Source of the DNA: Clostridia bacterium
Lineage (GTDB): Bacteria; Bacillota; Clostridia; JAAYHZ01
DNA: 64,000 nucleotides
Assembly: GCA_050950825.1 (NCBI GenBank)
Contig: JBMNIH010000004.1
Location: 224,001 to 288,000, forward strand
Direction of reading: 5' to 3'
Within the stretch, counting starts at the first letter, position 1; each line of letters starts with the position of its first letter. Below are positions 9,515 to 18,471 of the stretch, piece after piece. The notes beneath the pieces were generated by a model that saw nothing but the letters and a program-made list of their open reading frames with translations, made no database searches and was not told where the DNA came from. A program made the translations under genes and the position numbers.

Positions 9515-11146
9515 ATGAAAAAAAGATTTCTTATGATTTTTATTGTGATCGGAGTCTTGCTTGTGTCGAGCATGGCTTCGGCGGCCGATTTCGATATAAA
9601 GGAGTTGTTTACCGAGCAAACCATCCGGGATCTTAGCCAAGGGGAGAAAGTCAACTTTTCAAAATGGAACCGCATTGTGGTTTCCTTATCGGAAATGGAA
9701 ATTAACGATATCATTATCGATAAGCTTCTAAAGAACTATCTCGAAGCAAACGGAGAATTGTTGCCTAAAAACACGAAATTTCATTCGGCCGTATTTGACA
9801 CGGAAAACGCAACGCTGAACGTAGCGTTTCTTTACGGCTTTTTAAAAATACGATGCGATACCCAAGTAAGCATCGATACGGCGGATGAAAACGCCCTGTC
9901 TATCACGGAGCCCAAGTTAAAAATATGGGGGATTCCCATCCCGCGATTTATAACCCGCCTTATCTTGAAAGACATGGATTCTTACAGAATAAGCTACAAA
10001 GAGATTACCGGACCCGATTTTCCGATTCTTATCAATAAAATTCGGTTTGAAAATAAAGCATGCTTGGTCGAAATGGAATTTCCCGAAGAAAAGGCGGTGG
10101 ATATTTTAAAAACCTTGGTACCGGACAAACCGGTGGAGCTTCTCAAGGACAAGAATATCTCCGACTTGGTGGATTTGGACCAATTGTCCGATATCCGATT
10201 CTACATTTCCGAAGACACGGTCAACCGCATTTTTAACGATCAATTGTACGCTTATATAGAAGGCGGTGATACGGTCATACCGGAAGGGCTGCAAATCAAG
10301 CAAGTGTGGGTATCCTTAAAGGACCGGCTGTTAAAAGCGAATATCAACTTTCACGGCTTTCAAATGATTGTTCAGATGGAATTTACTCCTTACTGCCAAG
10401 ATAATGTGGTAGGAATTGATATCGGTGAAATGTATTTGGACGGACAGCAAATCCCCTCCGCCTTAACGGATGTTTTCGACGAGTTTACCAAGAATGTTCG
10501 GTTCGACTTGGCAAAGGCCGGGTTACCGTCTTTCATTCGCCTCAAAGGCTTGAATTTATTGGAGAAGGAGCTGGAAGTGAATTTATCCGTGGACCTGTTG
10601 AACAGAGAACCCGTTACCATAGACCGGCTGGAGGTTTTGTTGGGATCCGGCGTTCACGATCCGAATGCCTTCTTCGAATACTTTGCGCCTACCTCCGCTT
10701 TATCCGATGCCGTTGAAAAACTATTGGACATAGAACGGATTCGTCTTGCCGTCGACCGTATCATCACCGAAGCGCCCATTCCGAAAGGTTTGGATTTGTT
10801 GATTAACAAAGACCTTGTGGATGTGGAGGATGTTTCGTTGGATATCGCAGACCGATCGATTCGCTTGACTATAAAGGTATGGAATCTTCCCATGGAACTT
10901 AAAAGCAAATTTTCGCTGACCTCGGAGGAAGGACGAGTGAATCTTGTTTTCTATGACATCAGCCAAACGTTAGACGGCCAAGGGGTTCCTCCGCATGTAA
11001 TGTCGCAAATCACAGGGGAAGGTGTGGTATTTACCGCCGCTTTTCATGAGATTTCTGCGTTTTTATGCATGGATGAGATCGTTGTTCAAAAGCTTGCTTT
11101 GGAAGACACCGGTTTGGTGATTCGTTTTCATATGGATGAAGCATAA
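9515..11146 (+). CDS. Secreted hypothetical protein with three tandem ~140-150 aa beta-rich repeats
   Basis: Signal peptide MKKRFL...SMASAA; internal repeats share an S-E-x-x-[IV]-N-like start and a G-x-x-[IV]-P motif. Confidence 0.7.
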   Translation: MKKRFLMIFIVIGVLLVSSMASAADFDIKELFTEQTIRDLSQGEKVNFSKWNRIVVSLSEMEINDIIIDKLLKNYLEANGELLPKNTKFHSAVFDTENATLNVAFLYGFLKIRCDTQVSIDTADENALSITEPKLKIWGIPIPRFITRLILKDMDSYRISYKEITGPDFPILINKIRFENKACLVEMEFPEEKAVDILKTLVPDKPVELLKDKNISDLVDLDQLSDIRFYISEDTVNRIFNDQLYAYIEGGDTVIPEGLQIKQVWVSLKDRLLKANINFHGFQMIVQMEFTPYCQDNVVGIDIGEMYLDGQQIPSALTDVFDEFTKNVRFDLAKAGLPSFIRLKGLNLLEKELEVNLSVDLLNREPVTIDRLEVLLGSGVHDPNAFFEYFAPTSALSDAVEKLLDIERIRLAVDRIITEAPIPKGLDLLINKDLVDVEDVSLDIADRSIRLTIKVWNLPMELKSKFSLTSEEGRVNLVFYDISQTLDGQGVPPHVMSQITGEGVVFTAAFHEISAFLCMDEIVVQKLALEDTGLVIRFHMDEA

Positions 11147-11335
11147 AGAAAGTTTACTTTACCGGTATAAAAACGGGTAGAAAATCCATTTGTCTTTTTC
11201 GACATTTTTCGGTTAAATGATGTTTTCTTTTTCAACGATTAATGGTAAAATACTATACGGTTGAAACGATCTTGTATACATCATACATGTAAAAGGTCTG
11301 CTGATTTAAAGAATTATTTTACGGAGGTATTACAT

Positions 11336-11509
11336 ATGGCATATTTTATTAGTGAAGATTGCATCAGCTGCGGTGCTTGCGAATCGGAATGCCCTTCATC
11401 CGCTATCTCGGAAGGCGACGGCATCTACGTTATTGATCCCGATGAATGCATCGATTGCGGTTCTTGTGCTGATGTTTGCCCGGTAGGCGCACCTCAAGAA
11501 GCGGAATAA
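11336..11509 (+). CDS. 2[4Fe-4S] clostridial-type ferredoxin
   Basis: Two CxxCxxCxxxCP motifs; RBS GGAGGT upstream of ATG 11336. Confidence 0.95.
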   Translation: MAYFISEDCISCGACESECPSSAISEGDGIYVIDPDECIDCGSCADVCPVGAPQEAE

Positions 11510-11597
11510 ATCGGAACTATTGAAACGCACCCCACAGACCGGAGAATCCGAATTTGTCCGGATATTCGGTCTTTTTATCCGTTAAGAATAGCAGGAT

Positions 11598-11637
11598 ATA
11601 TAAAAACCTCAGAAAAGGAATTCTGAGGTTTTTATAT
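11598..11637. terminator. Bidirectional intrinsic terminator
   Basis: ATATAAAAACCTCAGAA / TTCTGAGGTTTTTATAT inverted repeat. Confidence 0.75.
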
Positions 11638-11796
11638 GTTATCTGCTCTTTTTTGAAATAACGTGAAATTTGTAATCCGGTTTTACGGTGTCTTCCAAAA
11701 GTACATGGGAGGATGTACTGTTCCTTTCATGTTTGGAAGCGATGGATTCTTCTATGTGAGTTGCTTCTTGTTGTTTTTCAAAAGGCTGTCTTTGCT

Positions 11797-12015
11797 TCAT
11801 CGGTCACGCACTTCCACGGCTTCGTCCCTGAATAGAAGACTAATGGAATACAAGCCTGCTATTCCGATGATGGTATAGATGGCGTTGCTCACAAAAGAGG
11901 CTTGACCGAATATCTGTGCCACCAAATCGAATTGAAATAATCCGACCAACAGCCAGTTGATAGCGCCAATAATAACGAATACCAACGCAACTCTATCTAA
12001 AGGTGTTCTGCTCAT
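11797..12015 (-). CDS. DUF378 family small membrane protein
   Basis: IIGAINWLLVGLFQFDLVAQIFG signature; RBS AAGGAG before ATG 12015. Confidence 0.85.
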   Translation of the reverse strand: MSRTPLDRVALVFVIIGAINWLLVGLFQFDLVAQIFGQASFVSNAIYTIIGIAGLYSISLLFRDEAVEVRDR

Positions 12016-12069
12016 AATGTGCTCTCCTTTATAACATTTTTTGCAATTTAAAATTGCTTGTTCACCCGT

Positions 12070-12098
12070 TATTTTAACCAATCCGAATCTTTTCATAC
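12070..12098 (-). promoter_or_regulatory. Possible forespore sigma-F/G-type promoter for the DUF378 gene
   Basis: GTATG-N14-GGTTAAAATA on the minus strand resembles the sigF consensus. Confidence 0.35.
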
Positions 12099-12141
12099 TT
12101 TTAATGCATTTTTAAAATAAAATAAATTTTAAAAAGTTAAT

Positions 12142-12254
12142 AAAAAAAGGGCTTTTTACAGCCCTTTATATCAACAACTTTCTGCAAAGATTTTCATGAA
12201 CTATCTATTTTGCTCATGCGTCCCTTTGCGGAAAGTTGACCGCGAGAATGCCAC
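12142..12254 (-). ncRNA. Candidate structured small RNA with its own terminator
   Basis: Long stem CAACTTTCCGCAAAG/CTTTGCAGAAAGTTG enclosing CATGAGC/GTTCATG, then terminator AAAGGGC-TGTAAAAA-GCCCTTTTTTT; TTCACA-N18-TATTAT upstream. Confidence 0.5.
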
Positions 12255-12410
12255 TAACATAATATGTGAAAAAAGCTTTGATTGTGAATAAATCGTATTG
12301 AAATCCCTTTGAAACAATTTTCGGCGGTACGACATATACTAATGTGATGCGGGCGATTGCATATTTTGTTTTGCACTTTGTAATAATAAGGGCGGAGAGG
12401 ATGTGAACAA

Positions 12411-13259
12411 ATGAAGCGTATCTGTATAAATGCCGGATCGTATGGAATGTTTCTTTTCCGATATATCCTGTTGGAATTCAAAAAACAGCTGTCTGATGAA
12501 GAACCGATCATTTATTTAGAGAAGAGCCAAGACGATCAAGAATATGTCATAGTGGAAGAATTGGAAAACGGCGATGTGGATATATTGTCCGACATCCTGG
12601 TTCAATATATTTTTAAAATTTACCAGCCGGAGATCATTGGCAGCATCATCGGTAACTTAAGCGGTTTTTACGATTACGCCGACCGGTATCAAATATTGGA
12701 TAAGACGAAAGGGAAGCTGGTTTTTTATCAGGATAAAATTCCGGATTACCAAAAAGCGGCGCATTCGAATATTGTGGAGCTGCTTCATACCCAAGGCATA
12801 TTTAATATCGAAGGCTTTATTGTATTCAGGCTGAAGGAATACATTTTTTTCTTGAGGAAATTGGTTGAAGAAGCCATGGACGATTTTCTCAGCGAAAAAG
12901 AACATGCGGAATTTATGAGAATGCTAGCCTATTTTGTCGATATGCAGGAACCTCGAACGGATACGGTTCATATTGTTCACGACGGAGATTGTTGCTTTAA
13001 TCTGTACGACGCGGCAGGTAACCGATACTATTTCCACGACCAAACGACGTTGATTGAAAATATTACGCTGCGAGACGAAGCGATCGATGTATTGATCGGT
13101 ATGCTGATATCTTTATTACCGGAAAGGATCATCATCCATCAAAATCAAAAACGTCAGCAGCTTTCGGATATTTTGACCGAAATCTTCTCCTACCGAGTGG
13201 AGGTATGCAATAAATGTCCCGACTGTACGCTTATGAAAAACGTGCTCATAAAAGGATGA
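12411..13259 (+). CDS. ytxC: Putative sporulation protein YtxC
   Basis: NIEGFIVFRLKEY, EKEHAEFMRML.YFV..QEPR, LISLLPERIIIH and C-terminal CxxCxxC. Confidence 0.8.
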   Translation: MKRICINAGSYGMFLFRYILLEFKKQLSDEEPIIYLEKSQDDQEYVIVEELENGDVDILSDILVQYIFKIYQPEIIGSIIGNLSGFYDYADRYQILDKTKGKLVFYQDKIPDYQKAAHSNIVELLHTQGIFNIEGFIVFRLKEYIFFLRKLVEEAMDDFLSEKEHAEFMRMLAYFVDMQEPRTDTVHIVHDGDCCFNLYDAAGNRYYFHDQTTLIENITLRDEAIDVLIGMLISLLPERIIIHQNQKRQQLSDILTEIFSYRVEVCNKCPDCTLMKNVLIKG

Positions 13260-13270
13260 AAAGAATACAC

Positions 13271-13672
13271 AAAAAAGGCAGTTACGTTAGAGTTTTTTTA
13301 GCTTACGATGCACTGCTTATGGTTTATCTATCTATGATAAGCACTATCGGAAGTTTCTCCTGTAGAATTAATAGGCTACGACGACATCGAAACAGGAATT
13401 TCTATTGCTAACAGTAGAAAACCTGTGACTTAAATTAAGTAGGGAGGTTAACATCATATCTGATCTAATCATATTGGTTCCTCTTATGTCATCCGGCCAT
13501 TGGTAATGCGTTCAATATACCCCTGTTTGCAAAGGACACCAACATCGGAGTTGCTAAGGCCGGCGACAATAAAATCCGCTGTCTTCGCAATACATCCGAC
13601 TTGATTGCATAGGTAATATTTTATCAATTAAAAAGAGACTGTGCACTATTTTTTCTTAGTGCAACAGCCTCT
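13271..13672. mobile_element. Non-autonomous IS1182-ended element (MITE-like) with captured fragments
   Basis: 13619-13672 is nearly identical to the IS end at 48676-48728; 13271-13317 is a degenerate match to the other IS end at 46931-46977. Confidence 0.65.
13505..13612 (-). pseudogene. Fragment resembling the N-terminal wHTH of a type IV TA AbiEi antitoxin
   Basis: Translates as NQVGCIAKTADFIVAGLSNSDVGVLCKQGYIERI; no RBS and truncated. Confidence 0.5.
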
Positions 13673-13687
13673 TGAGCCCTTGAGCCA

Positions 13688-14455
13688 TTATTCTTTCATC
13701 ATTTTATTGCAAAAATCGAGGCTTTCCTTTAAGCAATCAAAGGGACACTCGTCGTAGCAGTGGTCTTGTTCGACGGGAGCCCATTCGACCGCCGTTTTTT
13801 TGCAAGCTTCAAAGATTTCCTTCCAAGGGAGATTTCCTCTTCCGATAGGTGTCATAATTTGCTCGTTGTTTTTTACGCCCATATCTTTGAAATGGATTAC
13901 TTGCATACGTCCGTCGACTTTATATATCCATTCTACAGGAGATGCGCCTCCGGATTGTACCCAATAGGTATCGATTTCGAATCCGAATTCCGGTGCAGAT
14001 TCTTCGAAAAGAATATCCATCATGGTTCTGCCGTTAAATTTCTCAAATTCAAAACGGTGGTTGTGGTAAATAAATTGAAGTCCCTCGTCCGCCAACTTCT
14101 TTGCATGAACAGAGAACTCTTTTGCAAAAGCGATGCAGCCTTCTTCCGAACCTCTGTAAGCAGCGGGCATTCCGCCGATACCAACGTATTTACAGTCCCA
14201 AAGCTTATGCTCTTTTACCACCCGGTCAAACTCATTGGCGATGGCTTCCGGACTGATGTGGGTTGCACAAATTTTTAAACCGTATTCATCGGTAATTTCT
14301 TTGAGTTCCACGGGATCGATTTTCCCTAATCCGGAAATTTGAACGGCGGTGTATCCCATTTCGCTTACTTTTTTCAAAGATTTGCGAATATCTTCCGGCG
14401 TTTTCATGTAATCTCTCAACGTATACAGTTGAGCCGCAACAACAAAATCTTTCAT
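13688..14455 (-). CDS. Sugar phosphate isomerase/epimerase (xylose isomerase-like TIM barrel)
   Basis: QLYTLRD, YHNH.FEF, EIDTYW, HFKD and VEQD motifs. Confidence 0.85.
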   Translation of the reverse strand: MKDFVVAAQLYTLRDYMKTPEDIRKSLKKVSEMGYTAVQISGLGKIDPVELKEITDEYGLKICATHISPEAIANEFDRVVKEHKLWDCKYVGIGGMPAAYRGSEEGCIAFAKEFSVHAKKLADEGLQFIYHNHRFEFEKFNGRTMMDILFEESAPEFGFEIDTYWVQSGGASPVEWIYKVDGRMQVIHFKDMGVKNNEQIMTPIGRGNLPWKEIFEACKKTAVEWAPVEQDHCYDECPFDCLKESLDFCNKMMKE

Positions 14456-14584
14456 GCGCGAACACTCCTTATATAAGAAATTTGAGCACAATAACAGTAT
14501 ACATGATTTTCCTTGTCATTTGTAGTATAATGTTGAAAAGCAAAAAAAGAATATGACCTTTGTTCAAAGAAAGTAAGGAGAATT

Positions 14585-15097
14585 ATGACGGATACCATCA
14601 AAGAAGCGGTTACGTACGAAGATGCCAAAGCGTTAAGCCGATTGGCATTTAAAATTTGGCGAGAACACTACACCCCCATTATCGGAAAAGATCAAACCGA
14701 GTACATGTTGGAGAATTTTCAATCGGAAGAAAAGATCTTCGATTCCATGCAAAACGGTATGGTTTACTACATGGTTTTTTGTGACGATATTTTATGCGGT
14801 TATGCCGCCGCTATGTACACGGACCGGGACAATTCGGTTTTTTTGAGCAAGTTCTATATCGAAAAATTGTATCGAGGAAAGGGATTATCCAAAAAGCTTT
14901 TGGAGAAGGTGAAGAATTTTGCCTACGGTCGGAAAGCTCAAAGCATTTGGCTTACGTGCAATAAATACAATTCCCTTGCTTTGAGCGTGTATAAAAAGTT
15001 AGGATTTGAAATCATCGATTCCATCGAAACGGATATCGGAGAAGGCTACATTATGGATGACTATGTTCTTGAAATGAAGCTTTCGACTTCCCCGTAA
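14585..15097 (+). CDS. GNAT family N-acetyltransferase
   Basis: LSKFYIEKLYRGKGL, NKYNSLA..YKKLGF. Confidence 0.85.
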   Translation: MTDTIKEAVTYEDAKALSRLAFKIWREHYTPIIGKDQTEYMLENFQSEEKIFDSMQNGMVYYMVFCDDILCGYAAAMYTDRDNSVFLSKFYIEKLYRGKGLSKKLLEKVKNFAYGRKAQSIWLTCNKYNSLALSVYKKLGFEIIDSIETDIGEGYIMDDYVLEMKLSTSP

Positions 15098-15231
15098 CCG
15101 GGTACGAAACAAGGATGTAAATATATGTAAAATAAGAGATGAAGCTCTTGTACGAGAGCTTTGCCATATGCTAAAATGAAAAATACAAATCGGGATTTTT
15201 ACGTAAATACGAATTAACGAAGGATATAAAG

Positions 15232-16056
15232 ATGTATGTAATCGGATTTGTCGGTCCAAGCGGTACCGGTAAAAGCCACAATGCCACTTGGGTAGCCAAC
15301 GAAAAAAACGTTTCCTTAATCATAGACGACGGATTGCTGGTCCGTAAAAACAAGGTTTTGGCGGGAAAGTCCGCTAAAAGAGAAGAAACCCGAATAGGAG
15401 CGGTACGCCGTGCTCTTTTCATGGATGAAGAGCATGCCAACGAGGTAAGGGAAGCTATTGCCAAAACGGGTGAAGATCGAATTTTGGTATTGGGCACTTC
15501 GGTTAAAATGGTGGACCGTATCGCCGAGACGTTAAGATTGCCGAAGCCGGACGAATACGTATTCATAGAACAAGTGGCAACTCTCGAAGAGATCAACAAG
15601 GCTTTGACGGTAAGAAACAGCCAAGGCAAGCATGTGATACCGGTTCCTACCATGGAGATAAAAAAGGATTTCTCCGGATATTTTATCGATCCGTTAAACT
15701 TTTTCCGACGCTCGAAAGGAAGAAGGGAGCCGGAAAAAACCGTGGTTCGGCCTACCTACAGTTATTTAGGTAAATACACCATATCGGACTTAGCCATTTA
15801 CCAGCTCATCGAATATTCCGTTAACAAAGTGGAGGGCGTAGGAAAAATCAACAAGTACCGCTTTGTGAACCAATCCGAAGGACTGTATATTGATATTGAA
15901 ATCTCGGTTTTATACGGATACAACATAAAGGAAATTTTAAGACAGATTCGGGAGAATGTGATTAAAAACATCGAAAACAATACCGGGTTGAATGTGTACA
16001 GGCTGACCGCCAACGTAAGAACCCTGATCGTGCCAAAGCCCCAAGGCAAGGTATGA
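15232..16056 (+). CDS. P-loop domain fused to Asp23/Gls24 envelope stress domain
   Basis: N-terminal GPSGTGKS Walker A; C-terminal VVRPTYSYLG...TGLNV Asp23-like region. Confidence 0.7.
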   Translation: MYVIGFVGPSGTGKSHNATWVANEKNVSLIIDDGLLVRKNKVLAGKSAKREETRIGAVRRALFMDEEHANEVREAIAKTGEDRILVLGTSVKMVDRIAETLRLPKPDEYVFIEQVATLEEINKALTVRNSQGKHVIPVPTMEIKKDFSGYFIDPLNFFRRSKGRREPEKTVVRPTYSYLGKYTISDLAIYQLIEYSVNKVEGVGKINKYRFVNQSEGLYIDIEISVLYGYNIKEILRQIRENVIKNIENNTGLNVYRLTANVRTLIVPKPQGKV

Positions 16057-16126
16057 TGCTGTTTTAGGTCCCTCGAAGGTCTCCGTGAGGATGTCCCGGG
16101 AAGTCAAAAAAAATATAAAATACGTA

Positions 16127-16155
16127 TTGACAATTTAATTTGCCGCTGTTACAAT
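16127..16155 (+). promoter_or_regulatory. Sigma-A promoter of the tRNA cluster
   Basis: TTGACA-N17-TACAAT. Confidence 0.8.
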
Positions 16156-16187
16156 GAATAAGCATCTTGCACATGACATAAAGTCGT

Positions 16188-16264
16188 GGCGGCGTAGCTC
16201 AGTTGGCTAGAGCATGCGGTTCATACCCGCAGTGTCATTGGTTCGAATCCGATCGCCGCCACCA
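16188..16264 (+). tRNA. tRNA-Met (CAT), elongator type
   Basis: Cloverleaf GGCGGCG/CGCCGCC, anticodon loop TTCATAC, TTCGAAT, encoded CCA. Confidence 0.92.
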
Positions 16265-16270
16265 TTTCAT

Positions 16271-16345
16271 GGCCCATTGGTCAAGTGGTTAAGACATCGC
16301 CCTTTCACGGCGGTAACAGGGGTTCGAATCCCCTATGGGTCACCA
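16271..16345 (+). tRNA. tRNA-Glu (TTC)
   Basis: GGCCCAT/ATGGGTC acceptor stem, anticodon loop CTTTCAC, encoded CCA. Confidence 0.95.
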
Positions 16346-16347
16346 AC

Positions 16348-16423
16348 GGGCGCTTAGCTCAGCCGGGAGAGCACCTGCCTTACAAGCAGGGGGTCATAGG
16401 TTCGATCCCTGTAGCGCCCACCA
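16348..16423 (+). tRNA. tRNA-Val (TAC)
   Basis: GGGCGCT/AGCGCCC acceptor stem, anticodon loop CTTACAA, encoded CCA. Confidence 0.95.
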
Positions 16424-16488
16424 AAACTGTATTCGGAATGAATACGGTTTTTTCTTTTTTTTGCAATAATCGATATAAGGAGACGACA

Positions 16489-17550
16489 ATGTATCCTCTG
16501 GTTTTCAATGACGTATTCAAAGACTACATTTGGGGCGGGAGAAACTTGGAACGGTGGGGGAAAAAGCTGCCCGACGGAATTACGGCGGAGAGCTGGGAAA
16601 TTTCTTGTCATCCGGACGGGCCCAGCGTTGTAAATAACGGCGAATACAAAGGCGTGAAGCTTGCGGATTTGGTCTTTCGATTCCCGGTAGAAATGATGGG
16701 TTCGAAAATGGCGAACCGTTATATCGATTTTCCCTTATTGGTAAAATTAATCGATGCGCAAGAAAAATTATCGGTTCAAGTTCATCCGGACGACGCTTAT
16801 GCACGGCTTCATGAAAACGATAACGGAAAAAACGAGATGTGGTACATTTTATGGGCGGCACGGGATGCGCAGCTCATATTGGATGTGAAGGAGAATACGA
16901 ACAAAGAGCGTTTTTTGGAATGTCTTGCCCGAGGAAATGTCGAAGAGATTCTTCGAACCGTGCATGTAAAAGAAGGAGATGTGATTTACATACCTTCGGG
17001 ATTGGTACATGCGATCGGCTCCGGAATCGTTTTGATTGAGATACAGCAAAATTCCAATGCCACCTATCGGTTATACGATTACAACCGAAAAGGAAAGGAC
17101 GGGAAACCCCGACCCTTGCATATCGACAAAGCATTGGACGTAATTGATTTTCAAAATGCCGGAAGGCGACGTATATTTCGCGGTTTGACCATACCGGGTC
17201 CCGGCCTTACGCGAAAAATTTTATCGGCGTCTGCATACTTTTCGGCGGAAGATTGGTATCTTCAAACTCATACCGTTATCGAAACCAAAAAAGAACGGTT
17301 TTATTTATTTACTTGCCTGGAGGGAGAAGCCCTCGTGAAATGGGAAGAAGTATGTGTTCCCGTGAGAAAAGGAATGTCTTTTATGATACCGGCACTATGC
17401 GACCGCACCGTGATCGAAGCAAATAAAGGAGGATGCCGTCTGATTATTTCTACGGTTCCGGATATCGAGAATGAAATAATCCGGCCTCTTCTTGATGCGG
17501 GATACGATGAAAACGTCATTTTGAACGAAATTCCGGGAATTCGACTTTAA
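16489..17550 (+). CDS. manA: Mannose-6-phosphate isomerase, class I
   Basis: YIWGG, AESWE, PLLVKLIDA, LSVQVHP, GKNEMW, HAIG, EIQQNS, TYRLYDY; RBS AAGGAG before ATG 16489. Confidence 0.88.
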   Translation: MYPLVFNDVFKDYIWGGRNLERWGKKLPDGITAESWEISCHPDGPSVVNNGEYKGVKLADLVFRFPVEMMGSKMANRYIDFPLLVKLIDAQEKLSVQVHPDDAYARLHENDNGKNEMWYILWAARDAQLILDVKENTNKERFLECLARGNVEEILRTVHVKEGDVIYIPSGLVHAIGSGIVLIEIQQNSNATYRLYDYNRKGKDGKPRPLHIDKALDVIDFQNAGRRRIFRGLTIPGPGLTRKILSASAYFSAEDWYLQTHTVIETKKERFYLFTCLEGEALVKWEEVCVPVRKGMSFMIPALCDRTVIEANKGGCRLIISTVPDIENEIIRPLLDAGYDENVILNEIPGIRL

Positions 17551-17620
17551 ACGACTAAAAAATCAATTGAAAAAAATATATTTGATTTCACGATATGATT
17601 ATGGTAATATCATGTGTGTC

Positions 17621-17671
17621 GTTCCTTGCTCTACATTCGAATTGTAGGGCCGTTTAGTCCGGGAGGAGGTG
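17621..17671 (+). promoter_or_regulatory. Probable S6:S18 autoregulatory ribosomal protein leader
   Basis: CCTTGCTC...GGGCC...CCGGGAGGAGG hairpin pairing with the rpsF RBS. Confidence 0.65.
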
Positions 17672-17677
17672 ATATCA

Positions 17678-17965
17678 GTGTTGAGAAGCTACGAAACTAT
17701 ATTTATCGTTAGCATGGAATTGGATGAAGAAAAGCGTAATGCAACTGTAGCCAGAATTAAGGAAATTATCGAGAAGGATGCTCAGTTGGAAAGCTTTGAC
17801 GAGTGGGGAACAAGAAAACTCGCTTATCCGATCAATTATCAAAAAGAAGGGTATTATGTATTGGTAAAGTTTAAGGCCGATCCTGCGTTTATCGAGGAGT
17901 TGGAAAGAAACTATAGAATTACCGATGATATACTCAAGAGTATCGTGATAAAAAAAGATAAGTAA
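17678..17965 (+). CDS. rpsF: 30S ribosomal protein S6
   Basis: YETIFI, DEWGTRKLAYPI, EGYY. Confidence 0.95.
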   Translation: MLRSYETIFIVSMELDEEKRNATVARIKEIIEKDAQLESFDEWGTRKLAYPINYQKEGYYVLVKFKADPAFIEELERNYRITDDILKSIVIKKDK

Positions 17966-17977
17966 GGTGGAATCATA

Positions 17978-18424
17978 ATGAATAAGGCAATATTAATGGG
18001 ACGACTGACAAAGGATCCGGATCTTCGCTATGCCGCAACAAGTTCTACGGCATGGGCTTCGTTTACGTTAGCCGTGAACCGAAGATTCGCTAAACCGGGA
18101 GAAGAAAGACAAGCCGACTTTATTAACATTGTTGCTTTCGGAAAAACCGCTGAGTTTTGTTCAAAATATTTTAAAAAAGGCCAGCAAGTTGCCGTTATCG
18201 GCAGAATCCAAACCCGTTCATGGGATGACCAAGACGGAAAGAAAAGATATGCAACGGATATTGTAGCCGAAGAAGTATACTTTGCGGACAGCAAACGTAC
18301 AAGCTTCGACAGCGGCGATGCGGGTGAAAGATTTGAGCAGACTCCTTTTCCGAAGCAAGATTCGGACACCATGCTTGATGACGACTTTTTCAGTGATGAC
18401 GACGACAATGACGTACCGTTTTAA
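17978..18424 (+). CDS. ssb: Single-stranded DNA-binding protein
   Basis: MNKAILMGRLTKDP, acidic tail ending DVPF. Confidence 0.95.
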   Translation: MNKAILMGRLTKDPDLRYAATSSTAWASFTLAVNRRFAKPGEERQADFINIVAFGKTAEFCSKYFKKGQQVAVIGRIQTRSWDDQDGKKRYATDIVAEEVYFADSKRTSFDSGDAGERFEQTPFPKQDSDTMLDDDFFSDDDDNDVPF

Positions 18425-18471
18425 TGTACCCGTATAACAACATTCGGATTTGAAAGGAGGTAGGGTATACA

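Noticed and set aside
16285-16488. N-terminal extension of the manA ORF
   Set aside because: Overlaps tRNA-Glu and tRNA-Val; the RBS-supported start is 16489
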